A stretch of DNA of 63,218 nt, the filler included, from Basidiobolus ranarum (Eukaryota): the NCBI GenBank assembly GCA_040143965.1. It is 25 parts of 25 records of this genome, joined end to end, with 100 filler letters (N's around TTAATTAATTAA, not from the genome) between each part and the next. Parts side by side here need not be neighbours in the genome. Positions count along the whole stretch, not along the records: positions 50,700 to 53,125 come from JASJQH010003352.1; positions 53,226 to 55,650 come from JASJQH010003353.1; positions 55,751 to 58,174 come from JASJQH010003354.1; positions 58,275 to 60,697 come from JASJQH010003355.1; positions 60,798 to 63,218 come from JASJQH010003356.1; 20 more parts are not named here. One strand, given 5' to 3'. The stretch's first letter is position 1; every line of letters starts with the position of its first letter. Below are positions 50,600 to 62,788 of the stretch, piece by piece. Both the position numbers and the translations under genes were made by a program. The notes beneath the pieces were generated by a model. That model searched no databases and had not been told where the DNA came from. It saw nothing but the letters and a program-made list of their open reading frames with translations.

Positions 50600-51891
50600 N
50601 NNNNNNNNNNNNNNNNNNNNNNNNNNNNNNNNNNNNNNNNNNNTTAATTAATTAANNNNNNNNNNNNNNNNNNNNNNNNNNNNNNNNNNNNNNNNNNNNC
50701 ATCTTAACTCTGAGTTACGACCTGGCTTAGTCGCCTTTGCCTCTCAAATTAACCCAAAACGTAATACAAGTCGGTAGGGAATAAAGGGTATGGTTCGGTG
50801 TAAGCCGTGATGCCTGGTTTTTGATTTTTCCATGATTGGCTCAAATCCAGGTGTTTTTGGTATGATTTTGCATAGTTTGCAAAATGTTAAACCATTGATC
50901 ATCAGAGCAAGTGAAGATAGCTCTGACATTCACAGTCTTATAGTTTGCCAGTTTTCCTATGACATTTCTACCTTCATGTGCCCAAGCAATTTGATGTTGT
51001 TGTGTATACTGAATCATCAACACATATTCTGCTCTGCTAGATTGCCACAGTGATGTTCATATATATGGTGTGGATTGATTGAAATACCATATGAGAATGG
51101 ACAGAGGGAGCAGCATGTAGCTGTAGCTCAAGTAGAGCATTCTGAAGGTCTTGTATTATTGTTGAGTGACTCTCTAACTATTGACTAGTTGCTTCCAAAT
51201 GCTGCATTAATTGCTATATTGTGGCATTTTTACTTGTCATGGCCTGCATAGCAACTTCACAGTTTTTATTGATGATTGCATACAAATCATTGCAGTGTAT
51301 TGCCTGCAATTCCCTTGCAGTAACAAATCTATCCAAATTTTCTGCCAAGGGCTGTTCAATAGTGGGCAAAGTAGCCATTTTGGAAGTTGATGGGCTTCAC
51401 AGTGTTTTAGTAGAACTTTACAAGGAATACATCTGGTAGATTGATTAATGCTTCATCATTAATTGAGTTAGTTATTGGCATATTAAGACCCTCCAAAGTG
51501 GATAGCAGATTGCTAGACTGCTCATCAAATAAGTCCTCTGTACTTGCGGGTTTTTTTCCTTTTGTGCCAGTGGGTTTTGGCTCGGCAGCTGATTTTGACT
51601 TAGTTTTTGAATGCTTTTTGAATGGCATTGAAATCAACAGATGGAAAACTTGGTGTCAAGAAATTGGTTTGAAACAGCTTATAATAAACCAAAATTACCA
51701 TCTATTACTGGAATCATCTTGTAAATCCCCTGAAGACTCATCTGTGACACTTTCTTAGAATTAGCTGATGCTGTTGATGGGCTATACCTAAACTACCTCA
51801 CTTTAATAGGGGGTGTTCTTTTTTCACACTATCATTCTCATGCTACATCACAAATGTTCAAAGAAGCTCTGCTTTATTGTCACAAATTCTT

Positions 51892-52173
51892 TATTGAAAT
51901 TATTTAGGGAGATATATTGGTCTGGCCAGGATTTGAACCTGGGACCTCCTTCACTCTAGCAAGGTGCTCTAACCACTGAGCTCCTAGTCCTTGTATGCTA
52001 TGTCTATGCTGCTGGGGAACCTTAACCTATTCTCTCAATGTATGGTACTTTGGCATTTAAGTAATACAAGCAAATGATTGGCCTTTAACTTTGTGCTCAG
52101 ATGCACTCACCATACTCCATATTTTCCTCTCTGGGAATTACTGCTTGTACCACAAGTCTCCAGACTTTCAACA
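51892..52173 (-). mobile_element. Solo LTR-C (282 bp) containing a tRNA-like cassette; TSD TTCTT
   Basis: TATTGAAA...TTTCAACA flanked by TTCTT (51887-51891, 52174-52178); absent from the other CMC copies at this site. Confidence 0.88.
51918..51990 (-). ncRNA. tRNA-like sequence within LTR-C
   Basis: GGACTAG GA GCTC AGTGGTTA GAGC A CCTTG CTAGAGT GAAGG AGGTC CCAGG TTCAAAT CCTGG CCAGACC A. Confidence 0.8.
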
Positions 52174-53232
52174 TTCTTGTGCTCTGAAAGCCAAGGGCTT
52201 CATAGAAAAAATAATCACAAGCACAGTCACTGTGCTAAGCCACCGGCTGCACAAAGCTTGGTGAATATCAATGGTAATAAGTTCACAAAATTGACTTTAG
52301 TTTTGCCCACTGAGTTCACTGACTGTAGTTTGCTCTTAAATTTTGTTAACACTGCCAAAAGTCAAGATGCCATGGATTTACCACAGTTTTGTGACCAGAA
52401 TGATGTAGATAGAAATGCAACTTTGATTAAACCAGTAAGTCTAGATAATTCTGATGACATGCTGCCAGTCCGTGACCTTGGCCACTCCAGTACTGATGGT
52501 AGTATATCAGAAGTTGAAGAAGAAGAAAACCCTTGTGCTATAGACTCTTTGTGATTGGCAAGCATTAGTCCCCTCACAACACTTACTGTAAAGGAAGCAG
52601 CTTTGATTATTGAGGAGTGGAGAGTTCAATCCAAATATTGCAACCAGGTGTTCATTGGTTTTCTTACACTTTTACCACAGTTGATTGGCTATAGTTGCTT
52701 GCCACAGACCTGGTACTAGTGGAAAATACTTGTCAATTGTATGACTTATATTCCTTCAGTAATCAAACTACCTTCATGTCCAAATTGTGGTTTGGCTTTC
52801 ACCGGAAATCTGAAAAACCTGAGGTCATGTACTGTTTGCACACAATTGGCAATCACTTAGTCAGGTAAATAATGTTCATAATTGGCTTATAAACCATTGA
52901 TTTCCTGTCTCAAAGTATTGATGAAATCACCCAAATATAGATCTTTCATCCAATTCAAAGGTACTCATCATAAAGCTGATGGGAATACCTATATACTTGA
53001 TGTACATCACTACCTGAATCTGAAAAGTCAAGGTTTCTTTGAGAACACCTATGATCATACACATGCATTGGCTCTGGATGGTTTCTTGCTAAACAAATAT
53101 ACTGTTTGAAAGGCTTACTGGCCAANNNNNNNNNNNNNNNNNNNNNNNNNNNNNNNNNNNNNNNNNNNNTTAATTAATTAANNNNNNNNNNNNNNNNNNN
53201 NNNNNNNNNNNNNNNNNNNNNNNNNGGATTAG

Positions 53233-53991
53233 GTGGTTTCAACTTTTAGTGTTGGTTACGATCATATCGATGTTCCTATCTGTAACGAATATAAGGTTAA
53301 AGTCGGCAACACCCCTGGTGTGCTGACTGATTCCACGGCTGATATAACAGCTTCTCTGGTATTACTCGCTGCACGTCGAATCTCTGAAGGCATTGATGCT
53401 GCGAGAAATGGGATTTGGAAAAATGGGGATCCTTCTTGGTTACTTGGTGTCCAATTGACTAATAAAACGTTAGGAGTGGTAGGTCTTGGGCGTATTGGGG
53501 AAGCATCAGCGAGTCGTTTGAAAGCACTCGGAATCTCTCGTGTTTTGTATACCGGTCGCCATGAGCGTAAAGAACAAGCCTCAAGGTTAAACGCTGAATT
53601 TACCGATTTTGATACTTTATTAAAAGAATCGGATGTGATTATAGTATGTTGTGCATTGACCGAAGGCACCCGCGAAATATTTAACTACGATGCGTTTAAA
53701 AAGATGAAACGTAACGTTATTTTTGTTAATACTGCCAGAGGAGGTATAGTCCAACAGGATGATTTGGTACGCGCTCTAGAGGAAGATCTAGTTGGCGGGG
53801 TTGGTTTAGATGTAACTACACCGGAACCTCTACCTGTTGATCACCCACTTTTCAAATGCAAGAAGTGCGTGATTTTACCACACATCGGTAGTGGTACTGT
53901 AGAAACTAGAAGCGCCATGGGTTGCATTGCTATTGATAATTTGATGGCTGGCTTGGAAGGAAAAGAGCTTCCTTTCTCAGTCAAAAATTGA
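53233..53991 (+). CDS. Glyoxylate/hydroxypyruvate reductase (D-2-hydroxyacid dehydrogenase), last exon
   Basis: SVGYDHID, VGNTPGVLTD, GLGRIG, FVNTARG, GLDVTTPEPL and LPHIGS motifs; preceded by a TTAG acceptor. Confidence 0.95.
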   Translation: MVSTFSVGYDHIDVPICNEYKVKVGNTPGVLTDSTADITASLVLLAARRISEGIDAARNGIWKNGDPSWLLGVQLTNKTLGVVGLGRIGEASASRLKALGISRVLYTGRHERKEQASRLNAEFTDFDTLLKESDVIIVCCALTEGTREIFNYDAFKKMKRNVIFVNTARGGIVQQDDLVRALEEDLVGGVGLDVTTPEPLPVDHPLFKCKKCVILPHIGSGTVETRSAMGCIAIDNLMAGLEGKELPFSVKN

Positions 53992-54083
53992 GCAATACGG
54001 TTTATTTAGGAAATATCGGCACACTAGCTGCTATAGAATAAATATTGACCGTTGCTTAATTGTTTATTTTGAAATGAAGTGGT

Positions 54084-55373
54084 TTAAGTGGCTTTGGGGT
54101 AATCAGAGTAACCTATACTCTTATCACCATCCTTAGTCAAGTATAAAGTTGACATATCAGTAAGTTGAGATAATTCTTTTCCTTGAAACAATCGTTCAGC
54201 AAAATCAGGGTTTGCTAAATAAGGTCTTGCATAGGCTATCGCGTCAGCTTTGCCTTCCTTAACCCATTGATCACCTTCTTCGGGGCTGAAGTCACCGTTC
54301 GCAATAAATAGTGAGTTTTTCACCAAAGGTCGGAAAACCTTTTCTATCTCGATAGGAGTGCCACGACCAATCGGATCAAAGAATTCGAAATGTCTCGCTA
54401 TCTGGATATAGCCAATCTTTCTAGAATCTATTTCCTTTATGAGATGGGAATACAACGATACCGCATCATCATATTTTTCACCCATGTCGTTGTATCCACC
54501 GGATGGACTCAATTTGATTCCAACTCTCGAGGCTCCCCAAACATTAATAAACTCATCGATGATTTCTAGAGCGAAACGGGTACGATTTTCAATGGGTCCT
54601 CCATAGTCGTCAGTACGTTTATTTGAGTGCTGTTCTAGAAACTGAGATACCAAATAGCCATTAGCTGCGTGAAGCTCAACCCCATCGAAGCCCGCCTTTT
54701 TCGCGTTTACAGCGGCTTGTGCATACATCTTAACATAGTCTTTAGGATTCTCGATAGCTTCAGGAACGGGATACCCGGGTGTGCTTAGTAATGTTAGATT
54801 TTAAATATACCACACTGTACCAAGATTATCAATAAACCTACCCATTTAACAAGCGGAATTTTCCTCCTTTTGCGGCTATGGCGGAAGGTGCTGGTGGTGG
54901 TACACCGCAGTTATGTAGTGTGTGTGCAGCTCTGCCAAGATGCCATAACTGAGCCCAAATCAAACCACCTTCTTTATGTACCGCATCAGTGATCTTTTTC
55001 CTAATTTGAATAACGTGAGTCAATACACACGCAACATCAAGAATAAAAATCTACTTACCACCCAGCAATTTGTTTGCTATTCCATAAACCTGGTGCTTCA
55101 GGCCATTCGGTTCCCTGGGGCTCGATTAGTGTGCCTTCAGATAAAATTAGGCCAGCTCCTGCTCTTTGAGCATAGTAGTCTACATTAATGTCGTCTGGAT
55201 AGATGTTACGGTTACGCGTCATAGATGCCATGATTACTCTTTCAAATAAAGAATTGTAAACATACAAATACGCCCAATATATGCATATACACTAATATAG
55301 GTTACCGATTTTTAAGCTGAAGCTCGCCTAATTGAACCGACTGAGAAAGTGCTTGATACAATGATTTTGCCAT
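54084..55373 (-). CDS. Old yellow enzyme (NADH:flavin oxidoreductase), 4 exons
   Basis: LKNRVIMASMTR, YYAQRA, QLWHLGR, AGFDGVELHAANGYL, NKRTDDYGG and RPYLANPD motifs; three GT-AG introns. Confidence 0.95.
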
Positions 55374-55750
55374 GATGGATGATGATTATGGAGAAGTGGA
55401 GCACACAGAATGAACTTAAATACTTCAGTAGCTGACTAAAGACACGTTGGCTTCAGTGCCGTCGGAAAATACGCCTGTATACACTCTAAGATACATATCC
55501 GATTGGTTTATAACTGCTTGAAACATGGCCTATTCGCATTTATTAGTAATACGTAGCACCTCTATTTTATGCTAAGAACTTACGTAAGCTTGCTGGTATT
55601 TGAGTTAACATCAATGCGTGGTTTTTGTTTAAGTATTAGCGTGATTTTTGNNNNNNNNNNNNNNNNNNNNNNNNNNNNNNNNNNNNNNNNNNNNTTAATT
55701 AATTAANNNNNNNNNNNNNNNNNNNNNNNNNNNNNNNNNNNNNNNNNNNN

Positions 55751-57207
55751 TTAGTGAGAGACCATCCAGAGCCAATGCAAATGCATGATCATATGTGTTC
55801 TCAAAGAAACCTTAACTTTTCAGATTCTGGTAGTGATGTCCATCAAGTATATTGGTAATACAATAAGCTTTACAGTGAGTACTTTGGTAATAGTTTGCTA
55901 ATCTATATTTGTGTGATTGGTCACATTTTTAAGATGGGGAATCAATGGCACACAATCTAAAAATGAGTATTATTTATCTGATTCACTGATTGCCAATTGT
56001 GTGCAAACAGTACATGACTTCAGGTTTTTCAGATCACTGGTGAAAGCCAAATCATCATTTAGACATGCAGGTAGTTTAATGACTGAATGGTTATGAGTCA
56101 TACAATTGAGAAATGTTTTCCACTTGTATCAGGTCTGTAGCAAGCATCAGTTGCCACTCAAATAGGGTAAAAGTGTCATAAAACCTATAAGCACCTATTT
56201 GCTAAGATTGGATAGAACTCTCCACTCCTCAATAATCAAAGATGTTTCCTTTACTGTAATTGTTATCCGTGGACTAATTTTTGCCATTAACAAAGAGTCT
56301 ATAACAAAACTGTCATCCTTTTCTTTAACTTCTGATATACTACCATCAGTACTGGAATAAACAAGGTCAACATCTAGCAGGATGTCCTCAAAGTTGTCTG
56401 GACTTTCTGGTTTGACCAAAGTTGCATTTCTATCTATATCATTATGGTAATAAAACTGTGTTAACTCCACAGTATCTTAACTTTTGGCAGTGTTACCCAA
56501 ACTTTGAGGTAAAGCACAGCCAGTGATCTCAGTGGGCAAAACTAAAGTCAATTTTGTGCACTTAGTACTGTTCAGATTCATCTGGTTTTGTGCAGCTGGT
56601 GGTATTGTACAGTTACTGTGCTTGTAATTATTTTTTCTATGAAGCCTCTGGCTTTCCCGGCACAAGAATTTATGACAATAATAGCAGGGCTTCTTTAAAT
56701 CTTTGTGTTGCAGCATGAGAAGAATATTGTAGAAAAAATAACCCCTCCTATATAAGGGTGGTATTTTAAGTGTAGCCTTGCACTATCATCAGCTGATTCT
56801 GAGATGGTGTCACAGATGAGTCATTAGGGGATTTACAAAATATTTCCGGTAATGGATTGTAATTTAGGTATAATATAAGCTGTTTCTAAGTAATATCACT
56901 ACATCAAGTTAACCATCTTAAAATTTCAATGCCATTCAAAAAGCATTCAAAATCAAAATCAAAATTGGCTTCCAGGTAAAGCCTGCAGGCACATAAGGAA
57001 AAAAAACAAGCAAGAGTGGAGGACTTCATTGATGAGCAGTCTGGCAATCAACTATTCACTTTGGAAGGTATTGACATGCCAGAAACTAACTCAAGTAATG
57101 AGAAAGCATTGATCACTTTGCCAGTAGTGTTCCATTCTAGCAATAGGGCAAGTGAAGAGATTGTAATCCCCCAATTACACAGTAAGTCAATAGTTGAGCA
57201 AAGTTCA
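55751..57207. mobile_element. CMC internal region in reverse: ORF1 5' part (minus, to ~56716) and ORF2 start (plus, ~56928)
   Basis: MLQHKDLKKPCYYCHKFLCRESQRLH on the minus strand; ATGCCATTCAAAAAGCAT on the plus strand. Confidence 0.85.
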
Positions 57208-58009
57208 TGTCACAATAAGGAACTGGACAGGGACTGGAAAAAGCAACAAGAGACTAGAAAGCAGGAGAGTACTTGGGTGTAGACCACAAGGCAAGACAAA
57301 ACAAGACTAGACAGGGAAGATACATTGGCACAAACCTTTACTGATAACTGGTGTTGATCAGAGTGATGTCTGATAAAGGCATATATGGGGCCTATATAGT
57401 TATTGCAGGGTAAAGCATAGTATACTGAATAGGGAATATACTTTGGCAAGTTCAAGTGTAGGGATTTTGGGGACTAAAAGGACCAATACAAAGAGAGATG
57501 ATGTAAGGATGATGAAAGATGATCTGGTGACCTTACATGGAAGGTCTTGGTGGAAATACACTATGTGTGGGTTGACGTGCTTGGTTAGGTTTCATTCAAT
57601 ATTCCAAAGAATGTGACTTCCATATAGGGTAACCTGGATGAACTAACACAAGATTGCCAAGTAGGGAGGGCACAGCAGATATGATGTTGTAATCTAATAA
57701 TAGAAGAGTGCAATTTGCAGTGGATCAGTATGCCAAGATCAGAATCAAGAAAGTATGATGTAAGGATGATGTAAGAATGATCAGGTGACCTTACATGAAG
57801 GTCTTGGTGGAAATACAATATGTGTGGGATGACATGATTGGTTAGCTTTCACGGAATGTTCCAAAGAACATGACTTCCATATGAGGTAATCTGGACAAAC
57901 TCATAAAAGATTGCCAAGAAGGGATAGCAAAGCCAATATGAGGTCATAATCTAATAATAGAAGAGTTCTATTTGCACTAGATCAGTGTGCCAAGATCAGA
58001 ATTGTGACA
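57208..58009 (-). repeat. Gypsy LTR-D, 802 bp, with an internal ~255-bp tandem duplication
   Basis: TG...CA ends next to a PPT; ~57495-57746 is repeated at ~57753-58001. Confidence 0.87.
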
Positions 58010-58174
58010 GTATCCCCTTCTTTATGAATGCTTCCAGACATCATAGGGCCAGGTTTTTCTGGGCAGGCTTCATGAAACTCCTGGCAAAGTTCCTTAGAAT
58101 CGCAAAGATTTGTTGCTGGCTCCCATGATTGATCATTTGTTGAGTATCTCTTCCAGTCCACTAAATATTGCAAT
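58010..58174 (-). mobile_element. Gypsy chromodomain and PPT
   Basis: QYLVDWKRYSTNDQSWEPATNL. Confidence 0.88.
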
Positions 58175-58274
58175 NNNNNNNNNNNNNNNNNNNNNNNNNN
58201 NNNNNNNNNNNNNNNNNNTTAATTAATTAANNNNNNNNNNNNNNNNNNNNNNNNNNNNNNNNNNNNNNNNNNNN

Positions 58275-58882
58275 CGCCTCCAAAATTAGGAAAGGCTTCC
58301 TGAAGCTATGGGTATCTTTGCCAATCTCTCCACTGCCTTCCATCCCCAAACTGATGGCCAAACAGAAAGAGTCAACCAAGTTTTGGAACAATATTTGTGG
58401 TGCACTATTAACTATAATCAAGATAATGTTGCCCTAAATAATTTCAATAGATATTTGGACACAACTCTGGCCTCTTGCTGAATTTGCTTACAACAACTCT
58501 TATCATACCTCAACAAAACAGACCCTATCTTTGCAAATTATGGACTCCATCCTTGTTGCACAATTCACCCACCATCCAATCTACCTTGTCCTGCTGCCTC
58601 AGATCATGCCACTTTCCTTAAGGACATCTGTAAACAATTGATATCCAGGTTGGAGCATGCTTAATCCCAATACAAGAATGTTGTTGATAAGAAAAGAAAG
58701 CCAAACCCAGATCTCAAGCCAGGATATTATAAATGGCTAATCTGTAAAAATACCAAGACCACTAGATCTTGTGACAAACTTTATCATAAAAGACTAGGGC
58801 TTTTTACAATTGTTAAGCAAATCAATTCAGTTGCCTTCCACCTTGCAATCCCAGACCATTTCATAGTTCACAATGTATTCCA
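58275..58882 (+). mobile_element. Gypsy integrase fragment, degenerate
   Basis: [24 protein letters not shown]; colinear with 17787-18333. Confidence 0.9.
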
Positions 58883-58955
58883 GAAAACCTTGATTTCACT
58901 GAAGAAGAAGAAATTGATGAGTTTCTTGAACAAAAATCATTGAGGTTCTCTTATC

Positions 58956-59210
58956 TGTTGAAATCAGCATTGCCTAAACACCTATAGTCATATTGAGATT
59001 AGTGTTTAGTTATCCTATATTTCATAAAGATAGAACCCATTATTCTCAATTCAAATATATATAAAAATTTTTACCAACTGTGATGTTCTCTAATCTTTAG
59101 ATTTTCAAGCAGATGCTAGAAGCCCCAAGCTTTCCCCACATGTTGCTGGGCCCTTCTCAACACATTCTATATCCTGGTCTATTCCAACAGGCTCCCAAAA
59201 TACTTTTACA
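58956..59210 (+). repeat. Decayed, internally deleted LTR-A
   Basis: TGTTGAAATCAGCATTGCC...CCAAAATACTTTTACA. Confidence 0.75.
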
Positions 59211-59709
59211 AACCACTCCTGAACACTAACCATGGCAAAGTTACTTAGATTCTTTAAAGCCTGAAATATGTACATGCTGTAAACAGAACTACTTAGCATT
59301 TGCACTCATCAGAATTAACTCATCAGTTTGGGTAAATGCTCATCAAGTTTCAGCCAGGCCATCCCATTGCTAACTCAAGTCAATGTCCAGTGTCAATACC
59401 TTGTACTGATACTCAGTTATTAAAAGTTTCCAGTGTTTCAAAGTACTTATTTTGAAAGTTGTTATAAAGTTGGACCTTTTTTGACCTGTGGATATCATAA
59501 GAGAACATTGATGGTACAGGGATAACGAAAAAAAGGTACGATTCATTCGAGAATTTGGAGTTGCCTATCTTCACAATAAAGAAACGATTGCTTTTTAATG
59601 AAAAGAATCTAATCTAGAATATATTCTACAGAGTTTTTTATTACACCGTACAAAATATAGATATCGATGAGTTCAAATGGTGATAAAATACACTCTATTG
59701 AAAAGTTTA

Positions 59710-60697
59710 CTAAGGAATTTGGATCATAGCATCGCGACTGGCACCCACACCGATCCATTCTACTTTCGTACCAAGGAAGTTTTCGATGAACTTCACATAT
59801 TTTTGGGCATCAACTGGAAGTTCTTCGAACTTACGACACTTAGATATGTCAGATTCCCACCCAGGTAAGCTTTCATATTGTACTTCTACTTCTCCAAGTA
59901 CCTTCAAGTCAGCTGGGAACGATTCAAGAACCTTCCCATTAAGTTTATAGGCCGTAGCGACTTGGATTTTAGGGAATGTATCCAAGACATCCAGTTTAGT
60001 GATGTTGATACTAGAATACCCGTTAATAAGGTGGGAGTATTTTAGAACTACGAGATCCAACCATCCGCAGCGTCTCTTTCGACCGGTGGTAACGCCAACT
60101 TCAGCCCCAATAGTTTGTAATCGCTCACCATCAGCATCATGGAGCTCCGTGGGGAAAGGACCACCACCAACACGTGTGGTGTATGCCTTTACAACTCCAA
60201 TAACCTTTCCAATTCTGGTGGGTGGGATACCTAGACCTGTGCAGACGCCAGCAACACCGGTATTAGAGGAGGTAACGTAAGGGTAGGTACCAAAGTCAAT
60301 ATCAAGCATAATAGCGTTAGCTCCTTCTACCAATATTCTCTTATTGTCGTTAAGAGCTTTATGAATGAAGGAGACACCGTCAACTACAAACGGTTTGATT
60401 TTTTGCGCTAATTGCCTGTATCTTATGAGTTCAGCATCGACGTCGTAATCAAAGACACCGTAACGTTTGTGCTTCTTTTCTACCAGACTTCGGAATTTCG
60501 AGCTAAACTCTTCTTCGTCAAAAAGATGATGAACTCGGATACCATCACGGTTGGCTTTGGAAGAGTAAGCTGGTCCAATACCCTTCTTAGTAGAACCAAT
60601 ACTGCCTCGTCCTAACTCTTGCTCCTTAAGACAATCGCCGATTTGATGAAGGTCCAAGACGATATGAGCACTGTCAGAGACAAAAACTCGGCGATCA
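59710..60697 (-). CDS. ADE12: Adenylosuccinate synthetase, 3' part
   Basis: [64 protein letters not shown] and TKLDVLD motifs. Confidence 0.98.
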
Positions 60698-60797
60698 NNN
60701 NNNNNNNNNNNNNNNNNNNNNNNNNNNNNNNNNNNNNNNNNTTAATTAATTAANNNNNNNNNNNNNNNNNNNNNNNNNNNNNNNNNNNNNNNNNNNN

Positions 60798-62788
60798 GCC
60801 AAAAGGAGCCTAGTGCTAATTTAGCCTTTTCTGATGAATCCAAATCAGTACAGGAGGCTATGGAGAGTCCCAACACAAAGTTTTGGAGTGCTGCATTGGC
60901 AGAGGAGTATCAGTCACTCATAAATAATCAAACTTGAACTTTGGTTAAGTTACCTGATGACCAAAAATCAGTTGGATACAAATAGGTGCTTAAAGTTAAA
61001 CAGCAAGCTGATGGATCTGTAGAGAGATATAAAGCCAGAGTTGTGGCTAAAGGATACTCTTCAATGGAAGGAGTGGACTACAATGAAACATTTGCTCCCT
61101 TAGCAAAGCTGAATTCCATCAGAACCATACTAGCAGTAGCAGCAAAACATGGCTTAACAATCAATCAAATGAATATTAAAACTGCTTTTTTGAATGGGGA
61201 CTGGGTAGAGGAAGTCTTCATGGAGCAACCAGATGGTTTTGTTGATCCTGAGCATCCTGAGGATGTGTGTAAGCTACAATCACCCAGGGCCTTGTATACT
61301 AAGATAGATACATACTTGAAATCACTTGTTTTCCAAAAGAGTATGGCAGATTTTGGGATCTGCTTGATGACAGATATGGACAGTAAGGTGATACTTGCTG
61401 TATATGTAGATGATTTGATTATAGCTACCAATAATGATGAAGCTTTCAGGCACACCAAAGGAGATCTATTTGTCTAAATCAAGGGGACTGACTTAGGGGA
61501 ACTTATGTATTTTTTAGGCCTGCAGATCCATACAGATATTTTGAGGAAATCCATCACTCTGAATCAATCTAAATACATCTTTGACTTGATCAGATGTTAC
61601 AGGATGAAGAATTGTAAACCAGTATCAACTTCCATGAATCCAGGTGTGAATCTGGTCAAAAATCCCATCAAAAATGATGAAAATTGGCCAAATATGGCTC
61701 AAAATGTGTCATTTGAAAGCCCTGAGTTCCCTTGTCTATCTATGGTAGGTAGTTTGATCTAAGCTTTAACTGGAACCCAGCCATATATCTCTTTTGTAGT
61801 GGGAGCAGTCAGCCAGCATGTGCTAAACCCAGGATCTGAGAATTATGCAGCAGTTAAGTGGATTTTCAGATATTCCAAGGGAACAGTTGATCAGGGATTA
61901 AGATACTCATATTCTTATGAAAATAAGGACTAATTGGGTTTAGTGATGCAGATTGGGGACATGACATTGAGGACAGAAGATCTATCATTGGATACACCTT
62001 TCTCTATAGAGAAGCAGCCATATCTTGGAATAGCAAGAAACAACCACCTAGAGCACTTTAAATAACTGAAGCAGAGTACCTGGCAGCATGACATACTACA
62101 AAGGAGGCTATGTGGAAACTGTTCAAAGACTTGGGCATCTTTCAAAGCTCACACACCATAGCTTTCAAGGATAATTAAAGTTGTATTTCTTTTGCTAAAA
62201 ATCCCAAATTCAGGCTAGAAGTAAGCACATTGACATTCAATAGCACTTTGTTTGGGAAGCTATTGAGAATATGCATGTCCAACTAGAGTACTGTCCAACT
62301 GAGGGCATGATTGCTGATATCCTTACCAAACCATTATCCAAGCCAAAATTTGAAGAATTAAGATTTAAGTTGGGAATAATATATATGAATATTTAGTTGA
62401 GTAGGAGTGTTGAAGTTAATTGTCTCTATCATACTTGTTATCTCTAACCTTGTATATCTTACCAATTCACATATTGCATATAAGTTAGTTGACACTACTT
62501 GGTATAATATCACTTAATTGAAAGTTGGAACATATATATTATATATATATGTTAATTATGTGAGAATTAGCAATTCCATATTGGAAATTTCAAGCTGGTC
62601 CAAATAGCCCCAAAGATAGCTTATTTTACTCCCACAGATGTTTTGAACACAACCCCAGTGTTAGTTTTCTGTATTTCTACCAAAATTTATAAATGCTTTA
62701 TTTCTGAACCATAAATAGTCATCTCACAATTCTATTTCACAACTCCACTTTTCTAAGGTTTCTCCAAACAGCCCATATTTTCCCAATA
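60798..62788 (+). mobile_element. Copia-B RT and RNase H, PPT and 3' LTR-B (62408-62788), degenerate
   Basis: YKARVVAKGY, KTAFLNG, LAVYVDDL, SKHIDI and ADILTKPL motifs; LTR ends CCCAATA. Confidence 0.93.

Larger units (their letters stand above)
50806..53125. mobile_element. CMC internal region: ORF2 (minus, to ~51630) head-to-head with transposase ORF1 (plus, from ~51840)
   Basis: Same layout as 12815-15052; ORF2 starts MPFKKHSKTKSK; ORF1 reaches ALALDGF. Confidence 0.85.

Noticed and set aside
53233-55373. Metabolic gene cluster or bacterial HGT (reductase plus OYE)
   Set aside because: Only two convergent intron-containing genes of widespread families; nothing in the sequence supports HGT or a shared pathway.
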